A stretch of 64,000 nucleotides of DNA from the human T2T-CHM13v2.0 reference genome, Homo sapiens. The notes below the pieces were generated by a model. It worked only from the letters and a program-made list of their open reading frames with translations, was not told the DNA's origin and made no database searches. Every line of letters begins with the position of its first letter. Positions within the stretch are counted from its first letter, which is position 1. The stretch lies in NCBI RefSeq assembly GCF_009914755.1, contig NC_060928.1; one strand, written 5' to 3'. The translations under genes were made by a program, and so were the position numbers. Of this stretch, positions 16,698 to 30,571 are shown in pieces.

Positions 16698-18134
16698 TTT
16701 ACACTATGATTTCAGGCCAGTCTCTGTATAAAATCTTCCTTGAAGCTTGTTAGTAAATCCAAAGAGAAATTAAAATTATATTGTGACTATGGTAAAAAAA
16801 TCAAATAAATCTAGATCTTGGTTACTTTATGTTTAAATTTTAACACTAATTAAATATTTGATTAAAAAAGACTACACTGGTCATATCTATATACTAATGC
16901 TACTGTTTATATTTATAAAGCACTTGTAACTCAAATACATATAAGTTAGAAGCATTGTATAAATGCCTAGTGGATTTATTTTTTGGTGCACCTATTTAGA
17001 ACTCTTAGGAAGTAGCAGAATAGAGAATGCTATTCCCATTTTCAAAGTTAGGATAAATTGAAAAAAAAAAGTTAATTCGAGAAACTTGTTTTTATTTCTT
17101 ATTTTTACTTTGCATCTGAAGCTTTGGCCTTTGTAATACTACACTGGACACACTTCCATTTGGAATATAAAATTTAGAATTAATGCAAGGAACACAAAAA
17201 TTAAATTTACCAACTCTGAAAAACATTACAGAGCAAGGATACACCAACTAGAAAACAGTCTAAGTAATTGAAGTAGGTAGTATTTATTTCACTAACAGAG
17301 TGTTTAAGAAGATTTCATAACAGAAATATTGGGTATGTGATGGTTCCAATGTACTCCTATGAATATAAATGAATGTCAAGTTCCAAAATCAGTTGTATAA
17401 TTTCCTACTAATTACTAATGATAATTTAATTATTTATTAAAGATTCAAGGTCAAATTCATGCTTAGCAATTATAGCACTGAAGAAAAAGGTAGGAACAAG
17501 CTTTCTTCTTATATTTAGTGATGCTAGACTGGTGTACCCTCTGAAATAAAAAGAGTAATAACCAAATTGACAGTAAATTCCTACTATATGCCTAGTTGAG
17601 CTGGTTATTTGTCAAATGTTACATCATTAATTGTCAGAACAATGGTGCTGTGGTTTTCTATTTAACAAATGAGGGAAGGAGAAAGTAAAATTCCCAATCT
17701 CTAGAAAGTTATTAGTAACATAATTTACATTCTAAGACAGGTTTTAAACTTCTCACTTTGTGGCTACGTAATAATTCCTATTCCGGCTGCACTTCTTGAA
17801 TCCCTTCCTTCCCACTCAATTTGCTGCTTCTAATCACCTATGGAACAGGGGAATCAGAAGAACTAATTTTCTTACAGTTGGATATGAAAATAGAGTAGAG
17901 CAATAATGAGGACATGAAGGTCAATCTAAGAATGAAATTCATGAGATTCAGTGAATGAATGTTTTGTATCCATATTCATGACACAAGGACTATGCCAACT
18001 GCTGGAGCTACGTGCACTGTTGTTAGTATACTTGTAACAGCAGAGACAAACCCACTGAAAAAAACTGAAGGGTTGTCAAACTCGAGATAGAGTATATTAA
18101 TAAAATTGTATATGTTGCGTGCTCAAAGTCAAGG

Positions 18135-18505
18135 GTTATATAGTTCCTTGTGCTGCTGGAACAGTGTACCATATACTAGGTGACGTAACAGAAATTTGCC
18201 ATCTTACCGTTTTGGAAGCTAGAAGTCCAAAAATCAAGATGTTGGCTGAATTATGCTTTCCAGAAACCTGTAGGAGAATCTTTCCATGCATAGTATAACT
18301 CCAGTCTCTGCCTTCATGTGGTCATCTTCTGTCCTCACATAACGTCTTTTCTCTGTGTATATTTGTGCATAAATTTTTCTTTTCTTATAAGGACACCTGC
18401 CATATTGAATTAATGACTTAATGACCTCACCTTAACTTGCTTATAAGAGTTTATATATACAAGGAGATTTTATAACTCCTTTTTAGGGGACACAAACCCA
18501 TAACT
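18135..18505 (-). mobile_element. MLT1B/C-type MaLR LTR
   Basis: 'ttttggaagctagaagtccaaaaatcaagatgttgg...cttataaggacac...atgacctcaccttaac...ggggacaca'. Confidence 0.75.
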
Positions 18506-19729
18506 AGTTCATGAACAAGTTGGAGGACAAACTAAGAAATATTCACAAGGTGAATCAGAACACAACAGTCCAATACTTGAGCAGGGTTGGAAGGACATTT
18601 CCAAAATAAACCCTTTAAATGGTGTTTGGGTACCATGTTGCTCCTTCTGGCTCCTGGGTCTCTGATATTGTAGATTTGGAAATGAAAACACTGGCAGATC
18701 TTTCTTTAGAAATTTTTGATGCTGTCCCAGTTTTTGATTGTTGGTTAAATAATGTCTCAATAAGTGGGAATTACATGTATTTAACTATGACAATCAGAGA
18801 GAAGGATAAATAAGCATAAAACTCAACTATAAAAGAGACTCTCAAATTTCCCCTAAGGATTTTAAGCTGGGTTTTATTTAGGCAGAAAGGGAAGAACAGA
18901 CAGAGATGAGTAGGAGGAACAGCGTATGTATCTTACGCAAAAAACAGTCGCTAAGCAGAAAGACAGGACCAGAAGCAGACATGATAAGGGGGCCTTAAAC
19001 CAACTCTAAATAAAATCCTACTCTAACTCCAACAATGAAGGCATAGATTTTTTTATTGAGCGCACATTGTATCTCAGATTTCAGGTATTTTAACTACATG
19101 GTTATGAAAATATCACTCTAAATTATTGGGTCATTAACTCAGCATGAAACATAATCCCAGAAAAATGTCAAGGATTTATGTACATTTCTCATCTTGAGTC
19201 AATAATAATTTTCTAGTGTGTTTTATTTTTACCAATAAATGATATGTGTAAAAAATCACTGGGGTAAACAAATTCAGAAAAATAAAAAGTGACTATTTAA
19301 GATTTTATGCATAAACCGTGATCTGTGTTTAGACTCCAAAGGAAGTGATACACAATAAAATTACTTTGCAAACTTATTTATACTTAAGTCAAACAAGTAT
19401 TTTTTTTCTGTAGGGAAATCTCCCATAAAATAATCAGTTATAATCATTCAGCTAATTCTATGCTTGTGAATTCTGTCTCTTTTTATTTCTTTCTTTAAAT
19501 GTTTGTCTCTGGAAAACTCTAAATAGATTTTATCATAAAATTTGTTTCTATTACACATAGGAGCTAAGGAGCTATTGGCTTCCATTTGCTATTAATGATG
19601 TACTTACAAGTCATCACTCTCAAGTTGTACTACCTTTATCTGAAAAGTGATAATTAGTAAATTAATTGTATACATGTCTATTCATAACATTCAATAAGTC
19701 CTGTATTTTACATATGGCCGAATCATTTA

Positions 19730-19910
19730 AAGATTAGGATCTGAAATCAGAATAAAGAGTCCCAAATTGGCCACTAAACCTGTTCTTCTACTATGAAATA
19801 GGGATAAATAATGTTGCTGAGCTCACGTTTGCAAGGATTTAATGAGATAATATTTATGAGTAATGTATACCACCATCTGTCATATAATTAGCATAACATA
19901 ATGTCACCTT
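19730..19910. mobile_element. MIR fragment
   Basis: 'ctatgaaatagggataaataatg...aggatttaatgagataatatt'. Confidence 0.55.
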
Positions 19911-21216
19911 TTAATATGATTGCTAAATGCATTTTTAGAATCAACCATAATTTCAGTTTCAGAATTTCTAAGTAAAACTCACTCCAGTTTTAGAATAACA
20001 AAATTGAGAAAAAGTGTATAGGAACCAACCCAGGGAAGAAAGACAACACAGAAGAAAAAGAGGAAAGGTTTTTGCAATAAACCATCACTACTTCCATTTT
20101 AAGCAACAGCTCCTGTTTCCTTTGAACACTTCATGTGATACCTATGTTCAAAGACACACAGTGCCAGAAACATTCATTTTAATATAACTTTTCTGTGCTT
20201 ATTTTGCGTTTTTGAACACTATAAATGTAAAACATAGTAATATTTCTTAAAATTAATCATTTTTTCTCTATCATCTATTTCCTGCCTATGCAACAGCTAC
20301 ACATACACTTAATTCTCTAAAATGATCTCACAACATCCTTCCCCATCTAATGGAATAGCTCTGTTCCTATTTTTATCATGATAAAAATTTGTCTGGAAAT
20401 AAATTCCTTAGAGGCAGGAGAGTAGAGAAAACTCAGCTGACAGAGCCAGAGCCTTTTTATACCAAAGAGAAAATAGACTCTACCATTACCCTTTTTATTC
20501 ACACTGCATCCAAAACAACATTTTAGAGTAAAGAGATAAAATGTTGAGGTTGCTGTGTTAACCAGAGTCGAATCAGATAACAGAGACCAACTGAATGTTT
20601 AAACAGAGTAATGCAGATAATTGGTTACTCAACTGAAAGAAAAGCTTAAGATCTAAATTTAGGAGAGCAGAATAGCCCAAACATTAGCAATATCAGTGGC
20701 CGCTATAACCCCTAGGCTGGAGGCATAAAAGGAGGAGGTAGTTTTATCAGGATCCAGGACCCAGGACAGACAAGAGTTGGTAGAAAAGATGGTGGGTTTA
20801 TCTGGGACAGATTGCATCCACAAAGTAGACAGTACCACTCACACATAATCCACGTAATGCGTAATCCAATCTCATATTCTAACACTGACTGACAATCTCC
20901 CATGGATCCCTTCCACAGGTCATACTTAACAGGACATCAGACAACTATAATTGCAAAGGAACACGGCCCCAGTAATCCCATATTACATAGCAAAGTAATA
21001 AAAAGTAGCCGAGGTAGATGTAAGGATTCAAGGGCAAACAAGTGCTGAAAAACTACAGTAAATGTAGATCAATGAAAAACAACAATTACTTTATATTTTT
21101 TGGAAAATTCAGATGGAATGTTGGATGGATGGATGAATTAATAGATGAGAGAGAGAGAAAGAGAGACTCTGAGTGAACGAACCAGAAAAATCTAGCTAAG
21201 GTTATTGAAATCAAGA

Positions 21217-21270
21217 ATATAAGTTTCAAGAGGGGGCGTGGTGGGAAATAAAAAAATATATAAGTTTCAA
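21217..21270 (+). other. 27-bp insertion flanked by a 13-bp exact direct repeat (TSD-like)
   Basis: atataagtttcaa at 21217-21229 and 21258-21270 around gagggggcgtggtgggaaataaaaaaa. Confidence 0.65.
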
Positions 21271-22313
21271 ATAGGAGTTTATTCTTATTTTCTTTGATTC
21301 AGGATTACTTACATTAGCTATTATGTTGATTTTAAAATATCTGTTCATTTCACAATATTTGTGTTTGTTATCAGCTCCTTTGCAAAATTTTCTAGAAAAT
21401 ACAACTGTGACAGAACATTACCATTTTTTCTCCCCTTTATGAATGAGTTTATAATTATAGTTATTCTTTCATGTTTTATAATGTCTAAATTTCCACAGAT
21501 TATGATGTCTTTAAAAACAAATAGTAATATTGTCAGCAGCTCTTTGGACTCTTTATTACCTCTTTATACTTAAAGATCCAATTTATAATGTACATTTTTC
21601 CATTTCAGTGAATAATGCTCAGTCTTTGTTTACCTGTGGATGAACATAGCCTTCCTTCTCAGTTTATTCAGTGAAAACCCAGTCCCATTTTCCTTCATGA
21701 ATATAATATTTTTCACAGCTTTGAGTATCTGGATTATCACAAACCAGGCATTTAATAGGTATCCTATTAAAAAGTTAAGAATCCTGCTTCAGAATCTTTG
21801 CTCTATTTGGAAATATGGTTGAACAGATCATTGTCATCAGGAATCCACCCCAACATTTCACCATCTCAAACTGACTCTCCAGGGGTTTTCAAGGTGATGA
21901 CACTATTGCTTTTCAGAGAAGATCCTTAGCCCAGCTTAGTCACATATGTAGATAATCCAAACCAATATAGAAAATTATTTTAACCTTTGTAAGCTTCAGT
22001 TCCCTTACCTACAATATAATTATTGTGAAGATTAACTATAATACCATACATATGTGCTCAATAAAGATTTACGTCTTTAAAAATAATATGGATGATAAGA
22101 GTATTATCTGATATTCTGATGCAGAAACGTTTCAGAAGTCTTTGTTTTGTGATTTTGTCTGGACTCTATTCTCATGACTGTCAACCCTTTTTCTTCTTTG
22201 GCCTCTCTCTACTGTCGATATATTCTAATTCTATAATGGATTAGGAAATAACCGAGTCAGAAAAGTAGCTAAGTAAGAGTGAGTTGGTTCTGCCCAAGGA
22301 CTGAGAAATTTGA

Positions 22314-22350
22314 AAACAAAACAAAACAAAACAAAACAAAAACAAAAAAA
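22314..22350. repeat. (AAAAC)n
   Basis: Direct reading. Confidence 0.85.
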
Positions 22351-23984
22351 GTGTATCAGTTTTACTACATAGACTTTATGACATTAATTTTGTCTGGTTA
22401 GACAACGTTTTTTCACTTTTCTTATACTTGGCTAAAAACTGCGTAGTTTAGGTTGTCAAATGAATGACTCAGTAAGTGATATAATATTATGTTTTATTTC
22501 TGATGTCTAAGGAATCATAAAAATTATACTGTTCCAATATTTTGAAAAATCATTCAATTATTAAATATTTTCTTCCTGTTTAAACACATTTAATTATAAT
22601 GATATTTTGAATAATTCATTTATTTCTTAATAGTGATGGCCCATAGTTCCATAACTAGTAACAATGCAAATGAAGAGAATGAGGTAAGCATTCAATTAAT
22701 CTCTGTATTGGTTAGACTATAAATTGGGGAAGCTATAAACAATTCTAAATATGATATTGATTATTCACATGGGAAAGATAGTGCAAATTAGAAATTGTTA
22801 AAAACCAATTTCCTGTCCTTCCACAGCTTAATTATACAAATTGCATGCTCCTGCTTCATAATATGAACTTTATTGGTTTTAAATAATGTCTATACCCATG
22901 AATAAATGCATAATTTAATTGGTATACTCAAGTGGTCAGTGATATATATGTGATTTTTTCTGACTGCATAATTATAATGCGTCAATATCTGATAGCAAGA
23001 AGTTAAAATACACACGTAATGTTGAAAATGAGTTTGAGTATGACAACTGATACTTAACATGGATGTCTCTATATTTTTTTGGTACCAAGCATTGACGGGG
23101 GACAAGTTACAATGACTTTTAAAGTAAAGAGTTGCCTAAAACAATAGACTTATTGTGAAAGGCTACAGTCTTTATTGGATGATCCATTGCTATTGAAATA
23201 CTCTATTTCTTCAAATTAATGAAAATAATCCTACAACATTAAGCACCTGTTACGCACAAGGTGTTGGAATATTTTAAAAAATATTCGTAATAACATTTTT
23301 CATCATTCATATGCTCACAGTAACACCACAGTATTAAAAAAAAGCGTATAATAGCAAATTATAATACACAGCAGAAGTTTTTAAATAATCACTACCTTCA
23401 AAAAGTGTGATGAAGACACAGTGAAAGAGTCCTCTTTTTTTTACATCAGAAAAATCTTCATAGAGGGAAGGGTAATTGTTTTAAATTTTTCAAATGAAAG
23501 ATTTTGAGAGTTGAAAATTGGGAGACTAGCTCTTCTCAGACTAAAAGATAAGCCTTGCAAAGACATGGGGTAGGAAAAAGACTCTACTAAGAAGTAACTG
23601 AAATGTTGGAGAAAAACGCCAGAGGAAATGATTAATGAGGCTGGAAAGGCAGTTTGGGGCGAAGTCAGAGAGATTCATATACCACTGAAAGCTATCTGGT
23701 CTGTGTTCTTTCCTTCCTGCTTCCCAGCATATAGCTGTGTGCTCAGGGAAGACTGTAAGTCAAGGCTTTGTAAAGTCAAACTAGGTTGCTGAATACGTGA
23801 CATGATTTGCAAATGCTCAGATACAGCACCCCCTGAAAATATGTTCCCACTACCTAAGAATAGTTAAACATTTTTTACATTTGCATCTTCTTTTGAGTAT
23901 CTATGAAAATTGATAAACTTCTTGGAAGAGTCAAAATTTAATTTGTTATTAACAAATGTCTCAAATAAATGAAAAATAACTTCA

Positions 23985-25615
23985 GTGTCTATCAGACATC
24001 TCATGTTAAGGTGGCCAATATGAAACTTGTTCTCTTCCCATCCAAATCTGCTTACCTCCTTGCTACAGTAAGCCAGATCATGTCAAATGGTCAACTTCAT
24101 CCTTGCATTTTCTAAATAAAAACTTTAGCATTATCCTTGACTCTTTTAGTACTTTCACAACCCATATCCAAATTCTGTTGGCTCTGTCTTCAAAATCTAT
24201 TAAGATTCTTATCACCCCTTGCCAGCTCCACAGCAGGCACTCCTGCACTGTTCCTTGACATTTTTACTAATACCCTCCTAAAACACCTCCCTGCTTCAAC
24301 ACTTGCTCCCTTTCAGTTGATTTATAACACATCACTAGAGAATTTTATTTTTTTAACAAAGACAAATTATGCTACCTTTTGGCTCAAATTCCTAAAAATC
24401 TGTGATGTTTAAATTTATGTTTTAACTTGATGGGTCATGAAGTGCCCAGCCATTTGATTAAATGTTATTGTGACATTATTGTGAAGGTGTTTCTGGGTGA
24501 AATTAACATTTGAATTTATAGACTGAGAAAATTAGATTGTCTTCCTTCATGTGGGGTGGGCCTCATCCCATGAACTGACGATCAGAATAGAAGAAATGAG
24601 CCAAATAAGGGAGAACTTTTCCTCCCTGACTGCTTGAGCTGAAATTTGGGTCTTCTCCTGACTTCGGACCAGAACTGAAACAATGGCTTTACTTGAGACT
24701 TGAGCCTGCCAGCCTTTGGACTGCAGCTTACACCATCAGCTCTCCTGGGCCTCCAGCAAGTCAACCACAGATCTTGAAACTTGTCAGCCTGGACTGCAAC
24801 TTGCACTATCAGCTCTCCTGGGCCAACAGCAAGCCAAACACAGATCTTGAAACTTGTTAGCCTCGACTGCAACTTACACTATCAGCTCTCCTGGGCCTCC
24901 AGCATGCCAACCACGGATCTTGAAACTTGTCAGCCTCCATAACTGTGTGAGTCCTTTATACACACATACACACAAACACACACATATGCACACACTCATG
25001 TACACATACATATACATACATCCTATTGGTTCTGTCTCTCAGGGAATCCCTGACTGCTACCAGGTCCTAATTTTATTCAGAGTAAAAGTCAAAACTTTCA
25101 CAACTGTCATCAAAGCCCTAGAATCTGATACTTTCCTTCACTGACCTTTTTTGTGCCACTTTCATGTCTCTTCTTTTGCTCTAGCCAAGTTTTCTTGCTA
25201 TTTTGAAACACTGCAAGTAGTAAAGGCTTTGGGCACATTGTTTCTCCTGATTAGAATTTAATGCTTCTTCATATCTTCATAGCTACTCCATCATATCCTT
25301 CCATTCTCTGATCAAAGACCTCCTTCTCAACAAGGTATTATCCGACCAGAATATCTTATGTTATAATACAAAATCATTCTTTCGCCAGTCACACCAAAGC
25401 CCTCTTAAATCTTTTATGCTTTTTATGCAAACAATACCCTCTAACATATTTAATATTTTAAAATATATTATATTTATTTATTACGGTCTTTCTCACACTT
25501 CATCTTCACCAAATTTTGTGCTGCATTAAGATCTGTTCTTTAATCATATATTTCAATGTTCTAGAATATCTAGAGCATAACAGGTAGTCAACAAATGTTT
25601 GTTACAGATTAAAGT
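23985..25615 (+). mobile_element. L2 fragment split by an MLT2 LTR
   Basis: 'ccatatccaaattctgttggctctgtcttcaaaat' on the left; 'cagagtaaaagtcaaaacttt' and 'caggtagtcaacaaatgtttg' on the right. Confidence 0.65.
24401..25061 (+). mobile_element. MLT2 (ERVL) solo LTR with internal 3x73-bp tandem repeat
   Basis: 'tgtgatgtttaaatttatg' start; 'tcctattggttctgtctctc...cctgact' end; (CA/TA) tract at the usual position. Confidence 0.85.
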
Positions 25616-26329
25616 TAATATTTATTGCGGCCTTCTGTAGGCCTCAGATTATTTCCCAAAATTAACTCCAAAATGCCCTTATTGAAGTAGGTTATATTCT
25701 CTCTATTTTACAGGTAGAATGCTGAAATGTTAAATAACTTGCCCAAATGCACAGTTAGCAAATGCTAGAGCTAAGACGGGTAATTTAGCAGAAATTAGGT
25801 AGTAAAACATTTAAAATGAGAAGAATTGTGTACTGTAAAGAGTTCCAAGAGAAAAGAGATTATTTATAACTCCTCTGTGTTTTAAGAACATGAATTCAGA
25901 TTAAAATCCATAGAAGAAAGAGACTGAACAAAATTCACAGCAGAAACACTGTGAGGTAACCAAAGACAAACAGGAAATCAAATTTTCCTGAATTTCAAAA
26001 TGAGAAAGGGAAAGGGAGATGCATGAGTCTATTAGAATCCAATGCATGCATAAACTCATAAGCTATTCGATCACAATCGCCTTTTCCTCTTCTTTCAATA
26101 ATGTTTACCTTTCTGTATTAGTCCATTGGGTGGCGCCACACAGGACACGCCCCTGGCTTCCTCTGGCTCCAGCTGCACTGCCATGCATGGCAAACAAAAT
26201 TCCTGCAACTCTTGGGGATGCTATGACTGGGTCCTTGCCAGCTTCTGCAATTGCCCTGGTGCTTTCCCCCAATTCAGAGGATATAAATGTGACTTAAATC
26301 TAAACACTGTCTCTATCCAACGTAGGTGA

Positions 26330-26499
26330 GACTGCTTTGCCTCATTACCATGTGAGGGGACGAAGAAAAGATGCCATCTACGAACCAGGAAATGGGTCCA
26401 TACCAGGCATTGACCCTGCTGGTGCCTAGATCTTGGACTTCCCAGCCTCCAGAATTATGAGAAACAATTTCTGTTGTCCGTCACCAGCGGACTAAGACA
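26330..26499 (+). mobile_element. MLT1A/MST-type LTR 3' half
   Basis: 'ccatgtgagg...atcttggacttcccagcctccagaattatgagaaacaatttctgttg...actaagaca'. Confidence 0.75.
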
Positions 26500-26577
26500 T
26501 TGCCGTAACTATATATTAAATTACATTGCCAAGGTTATGAGAAATCAGGTGACCTCTCAAAAGCATACACACACAAA

Positions 26578-26625
26578 CATATACCTTCTCCCACACACAA
26601 TCACATACCTTCTCCCACACACAAT
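26578..26625. repeat. 24-bp tandem duplication (1 mismatch)
   Basis: catataccttctcccacacacaat / cacataccttctcccacacacaat. Confidence 0.9.
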
Positions 26626-27122
26626 TTAAACCATAGTGGGAAGTGGAAGCTGAAGGACAAATGTTTGTTTCAAAAACTAGGAGATTTGGGGAACAAAAAA
26701 CTTAAAGATATTGGCCTCACAGCAAAGCCAAGGGCGAGGAAGGATGGATGAGAATGAAATCAAAATCCATCACAAAACTGAGAAGAGTCATTCACTTTCA
26801 AAGGATGAATTGAAACGCAAAATTCATTATCTGAGTTATAGAAAGACAATAAAAAACCTGTGATATCCTCTTTAAATTGGGTAGAAAAAAAAGGTAAAAA
26901 CTTACCATTTCTGCTGGAATTTATAACCTATATTTTTTTCCCTCAATTGGGTGTGGTGTTTGGATATATGTTAACTGTATGTTCAGGAAGATCAGACACA
27001 TATACTTATCCTCTCTGGATACACCTACTCACCATTCAAACTCCTCAGGTTTTCCACACATTAAACTCAACTAAATGGAATTTAGAAAAAAATTAAAAAC
27101 AGAAACAAATAAATTATCATAT

Positions 27123-27521
27123 CAGGGCCCGGGAGGACAATGTGAATGAGGCCCTCACCTCAGGTGCAAAATAAAAGGGTCCAAAATTCTCCATCATCAA
27201 GATAAATAATAGTTGAATATAGTGTGTTTAAAAATTCAAAATTTGTGCAAAATTCCATGATAAAAATATCAAAATTTTAGTTAAAGAGAGGATGTGCCCA
27301 GATTGATTAAGGTGAGACAAATGAGGTGACTTGTGCAAGTACAAGGTCAGATTCTGTTTTCATTCAAATTTTGATAATTTTTATCATGAAATGTTGCATT
27401 CATTTTGATTTTTTGAAAACACTATATTAAAGTATTATTTATTTAATAATGAAGTAACCCGGGCCCTTATATTTTGCAAGCAGAGCAAATGCCTCATTCA
27501 CCTAACTGTAGTCTTGGCCTG
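27123..27521 (+). mobile_element. MER96B-like (hAT-Tip100) palindromic DNA transposon
   Basis: cagggcc...ggcctg termini; long imperfect inverted arms (atgataaaaatatcaaaattt / aaattttgataatttttatcat). Confidence 0.8.
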
Positions 27522-27779
27522 GTATTCCAGGGAAGAATGAGGAGAAAAAAGAAACAATCAAAATGTTAAAATCACAAGATTTAAGATATTCAAATGTTGC
27601 ATTAAAATATAAAAGTTATGTATGTGATATGTAAATGAATAACAGTTGAAAACATCAATGAGAAAAGAAACAAGAGCTTATTAAAAATGAAAGAAAATTA
27701 AAGATCCATTTAATATATGTATATATGTATATATATATTTATACACATTAATGAAACTAAAATTTATTGTAGAGTTAAT

Positions 27780-28200
27780 CTGGAGATTAGACAAAATGAA
27801 AGAGAATTTGTGAACTGAAATTTGATCTGAAAATTTCAGAAAATGGTTTACAGTATATGGTGAACATAATGAAGACTAATATTATTCTCATAACAGTTTG
27901 GGGAAAACCTAACGTAAAAATGGTAGAGAAGATATATTTGAAGGAATAATGGCTAAGAATTTTCCAGAATTGATGAAAGACATGAAGCCTAAACTTCAGA
28001 AACATTGTATTTAAAATGGGATTAATGAAATATATATCCACACAGCAGGCAGTAAGTTAAAAAAAAATCATCTACAAAATAAAGCAAAAAACTTAAAATT
28101 ACACCTAGACTTTGCAACAGCAAAAATAAGACCTAAAAATCAGTGAAAAAATATGTGCAAAGTGTTAGGAAAATGGAATCATCATTTTTTAATTATGTAC
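27780..28200 (+). mobile_element. Old L1M ORF1-region fragment
   Basis: 'gaaggaataatggctaagaattttccagaattgatgaaagacatgaa'. Confidence 0.65.
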
Positions 28201-29014
28201 ATAGTAAACTTTTTTTTTGAAGAATCATATCATTCATTTTCTTTCTATTTTAAAAATGTTAAACTGACAGCAATTGTATATACTTATTGTGTACAACATG
28301 TTGTTTTGTACTCAGCAAACTGATTTTAAAGAACAAGATAAACAAAGACCGAAAAAATTTACCATCAACAAATCCTCCCAAAAAAGAATATCTATACACG
28401 TATGTATGTATGCACATATATACATATATATACAAAAACACACACACACTTACACACAGAGAGACACTCGGGATGCATTTCAAAACAGGAAAGCATATCT
28501 AAAACTGAGAAGCAATAAAAAAATGGCAGGCAAATATAAACTTAGATAGCTATATAACCTAAACAAATATATTCTGTCAAAAAATAGTAGTAATATCAAA
28601 TTGTTGGATCATGATAATGCGCAGGCCTATAATGAGGATGAATATCAAAGCATTCCAATATATTTTATTGTCAGATATAAAATTTGATTGTTTTCTGAAG
28701 TTAAATAGATTATAGTAAAATTTCAAAGAAAACACCAAAAAATTGAAAAAGATCATATACATTCACAAATTATCATAGAAAATAAAGGAAGAATAAATTT
28801 ATCATTTAGAAAGAATATTAAACGAGAGAAGAAATGATATATTAGAGCATATTTTTAACAGGACATTTTTACCAAAAAAAGAGAAATTTTACCAAATTTT
28901 CCAGGAATAAATGCACAAACCTTACAAAGCATAGTAAAATGGAGAACACTTATCTAGTTTTAGCAGGCATTTTACTAACACTAGACAAGAAACAAATGTA
29001 ATAAGAATACTATA

Positions 29015-29130
29015 TGACAGGTGCAACAAACCACAATGGCACACGTTTACCTATGTAACTAACCTACACGTCCTGCCCATGTATCTCATAACTTAAAATA
29101 AAATTTTAAAAATAAAAATAAATTTTAAAA
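29015..29130 (+). mobile_element. Very short L1PA 3' end (older L1PA) with A-rich tail
   Basis: 'gtgcaacaaaccacaatggcacacgtttacctatgtaac...aacttaaaataaaa'; possible TSD aagaata. Confidence 0.8.
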
Positions 29131-29708
29131 GGAAAGAATAAGACACCTAGAAATAAAATGAAACTATACAACAACTCACACGCATGAACATGGATACAAC
29201 GTATTTAAGCAATGAATTGGAAAACTGAACCAGGCTATGTTTTAAAATCTAAAAGATCATAGCTAAATTAGTTTTATCCCTTGTATGAAAGTTTGGATTA
29301 ATATGTTAAAAACCATTAATGTTACCCTTTCGTAAAGTGATTAAAGATAAAATATGATCAAGTGAATAAGAATAAATAAAATTAATATACCTCATAGAAA
29401 TTTTATATACCAAATGTCATGAACAAAATTTATACCAGGATTGTTTGTAATATCAAGAAACTTAAAACATCCTTAATGTCCTGAAATGGAAGTATGCATA
29501 AAGAAATTATATATCTAAACATTAAATTTAATTGCAGGAGTATAAATGATGAGCCACAATCATGCAAATCAAAATGGACCAATCTCAGAAATATACGTGG
29601 CTTAGCAACAACACTGCAAAAAAGAAAAATGTATCCAGTATGGTATCAATTGCATGAAGATCAAGATTATATAAAATTAAGAAAATATATATTGATTTAA
29701 CAAGACTA

Positions 29709-30106
29709 CCGTTGATCCTCATTATTTTTAAAAGTCAGTATTTGCAAGTTTGCCTATTTGTTAAAATTTGTTTTCTACAGTCATTTGCAGACATGACCAG
29801 AACAAAAAAATATTTGAGAGAAACTGAGGCACATGTTCCTAACTGAGGTTTAGGAAGGGCAGGATCTTCTTGTCTCAGCTTTCATACAAAGATGACCGGA
29901 GGTTGCAAACAGTAGTGCAATGCAGTGTAGAGTAAAAAGCTCCAGCTCTGGGGCCTGTTGGAAGGGTTTGAATCCCAACTTTGGTGCCTGTTAGTGGGGC
30001 AGCTTCAGGCAAGTCCCTTAATACTTCTGGACATTGTTAGCTTTTTTGTAAAATAGGGAAAATGATGAGTCATTTTTACTGTTTAAGATCATAATCCATG
30101 TGAGAT

Positions 30107-30137
<31 letters not shown>

Positions 30138-30242
30138 GTACCCACATACATATTTCCCCCAGAAGCATTGGTCAGTATTCTGTAATCAGTGTTCAACCTG
30201 ACTTCATGGAACATAAATACCAGGAATAATGAGAATCAACTA
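29709..30242 (+). mobile_element. MER82 (TcMar-Tigger)
   Basis: TIR-like 'gttgatcctcattatt' and 'aataatgagaatcaact'; internal MIR-like segment and (TG)n as recalled for the consensus. Confidence 0.8.
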
Positions 30243-30571
30243 CTAATGATAAAATACTGAATGAATAGTAATTCTTTCTGGAATAAGTAAGAGTGGGAAA
30301 AAAGAGTCATGCAATTGGAAAGTGGCAAGAGGAATTTAACAGTGTTGTAATGATCTACTGGATAATGCAGATATTGGATCCTCAATTACTCATTTTTGTC
30401 ATTGTTTTACTGTATATGGCATATAACGTTTATATAACAAAAATCACGTGTATAAGATATTCCATAACAGTAAAATTTTTTTAAAAGATGTCTTCCTTTT
30501 TAATGCTAGAATCAGCCAACCATGTCCCATGGGTGTCTGCACAACTAAACGTGCTCATGCTTCATTTAGTG

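Noticed and set aside
29925-30070. MIR-like sequence inside a younger DNA transposon (apparent age paradox)
   Set aside because: Recalled as part of the MER82 consensus itself; not locus-specific (verify in Dfam).
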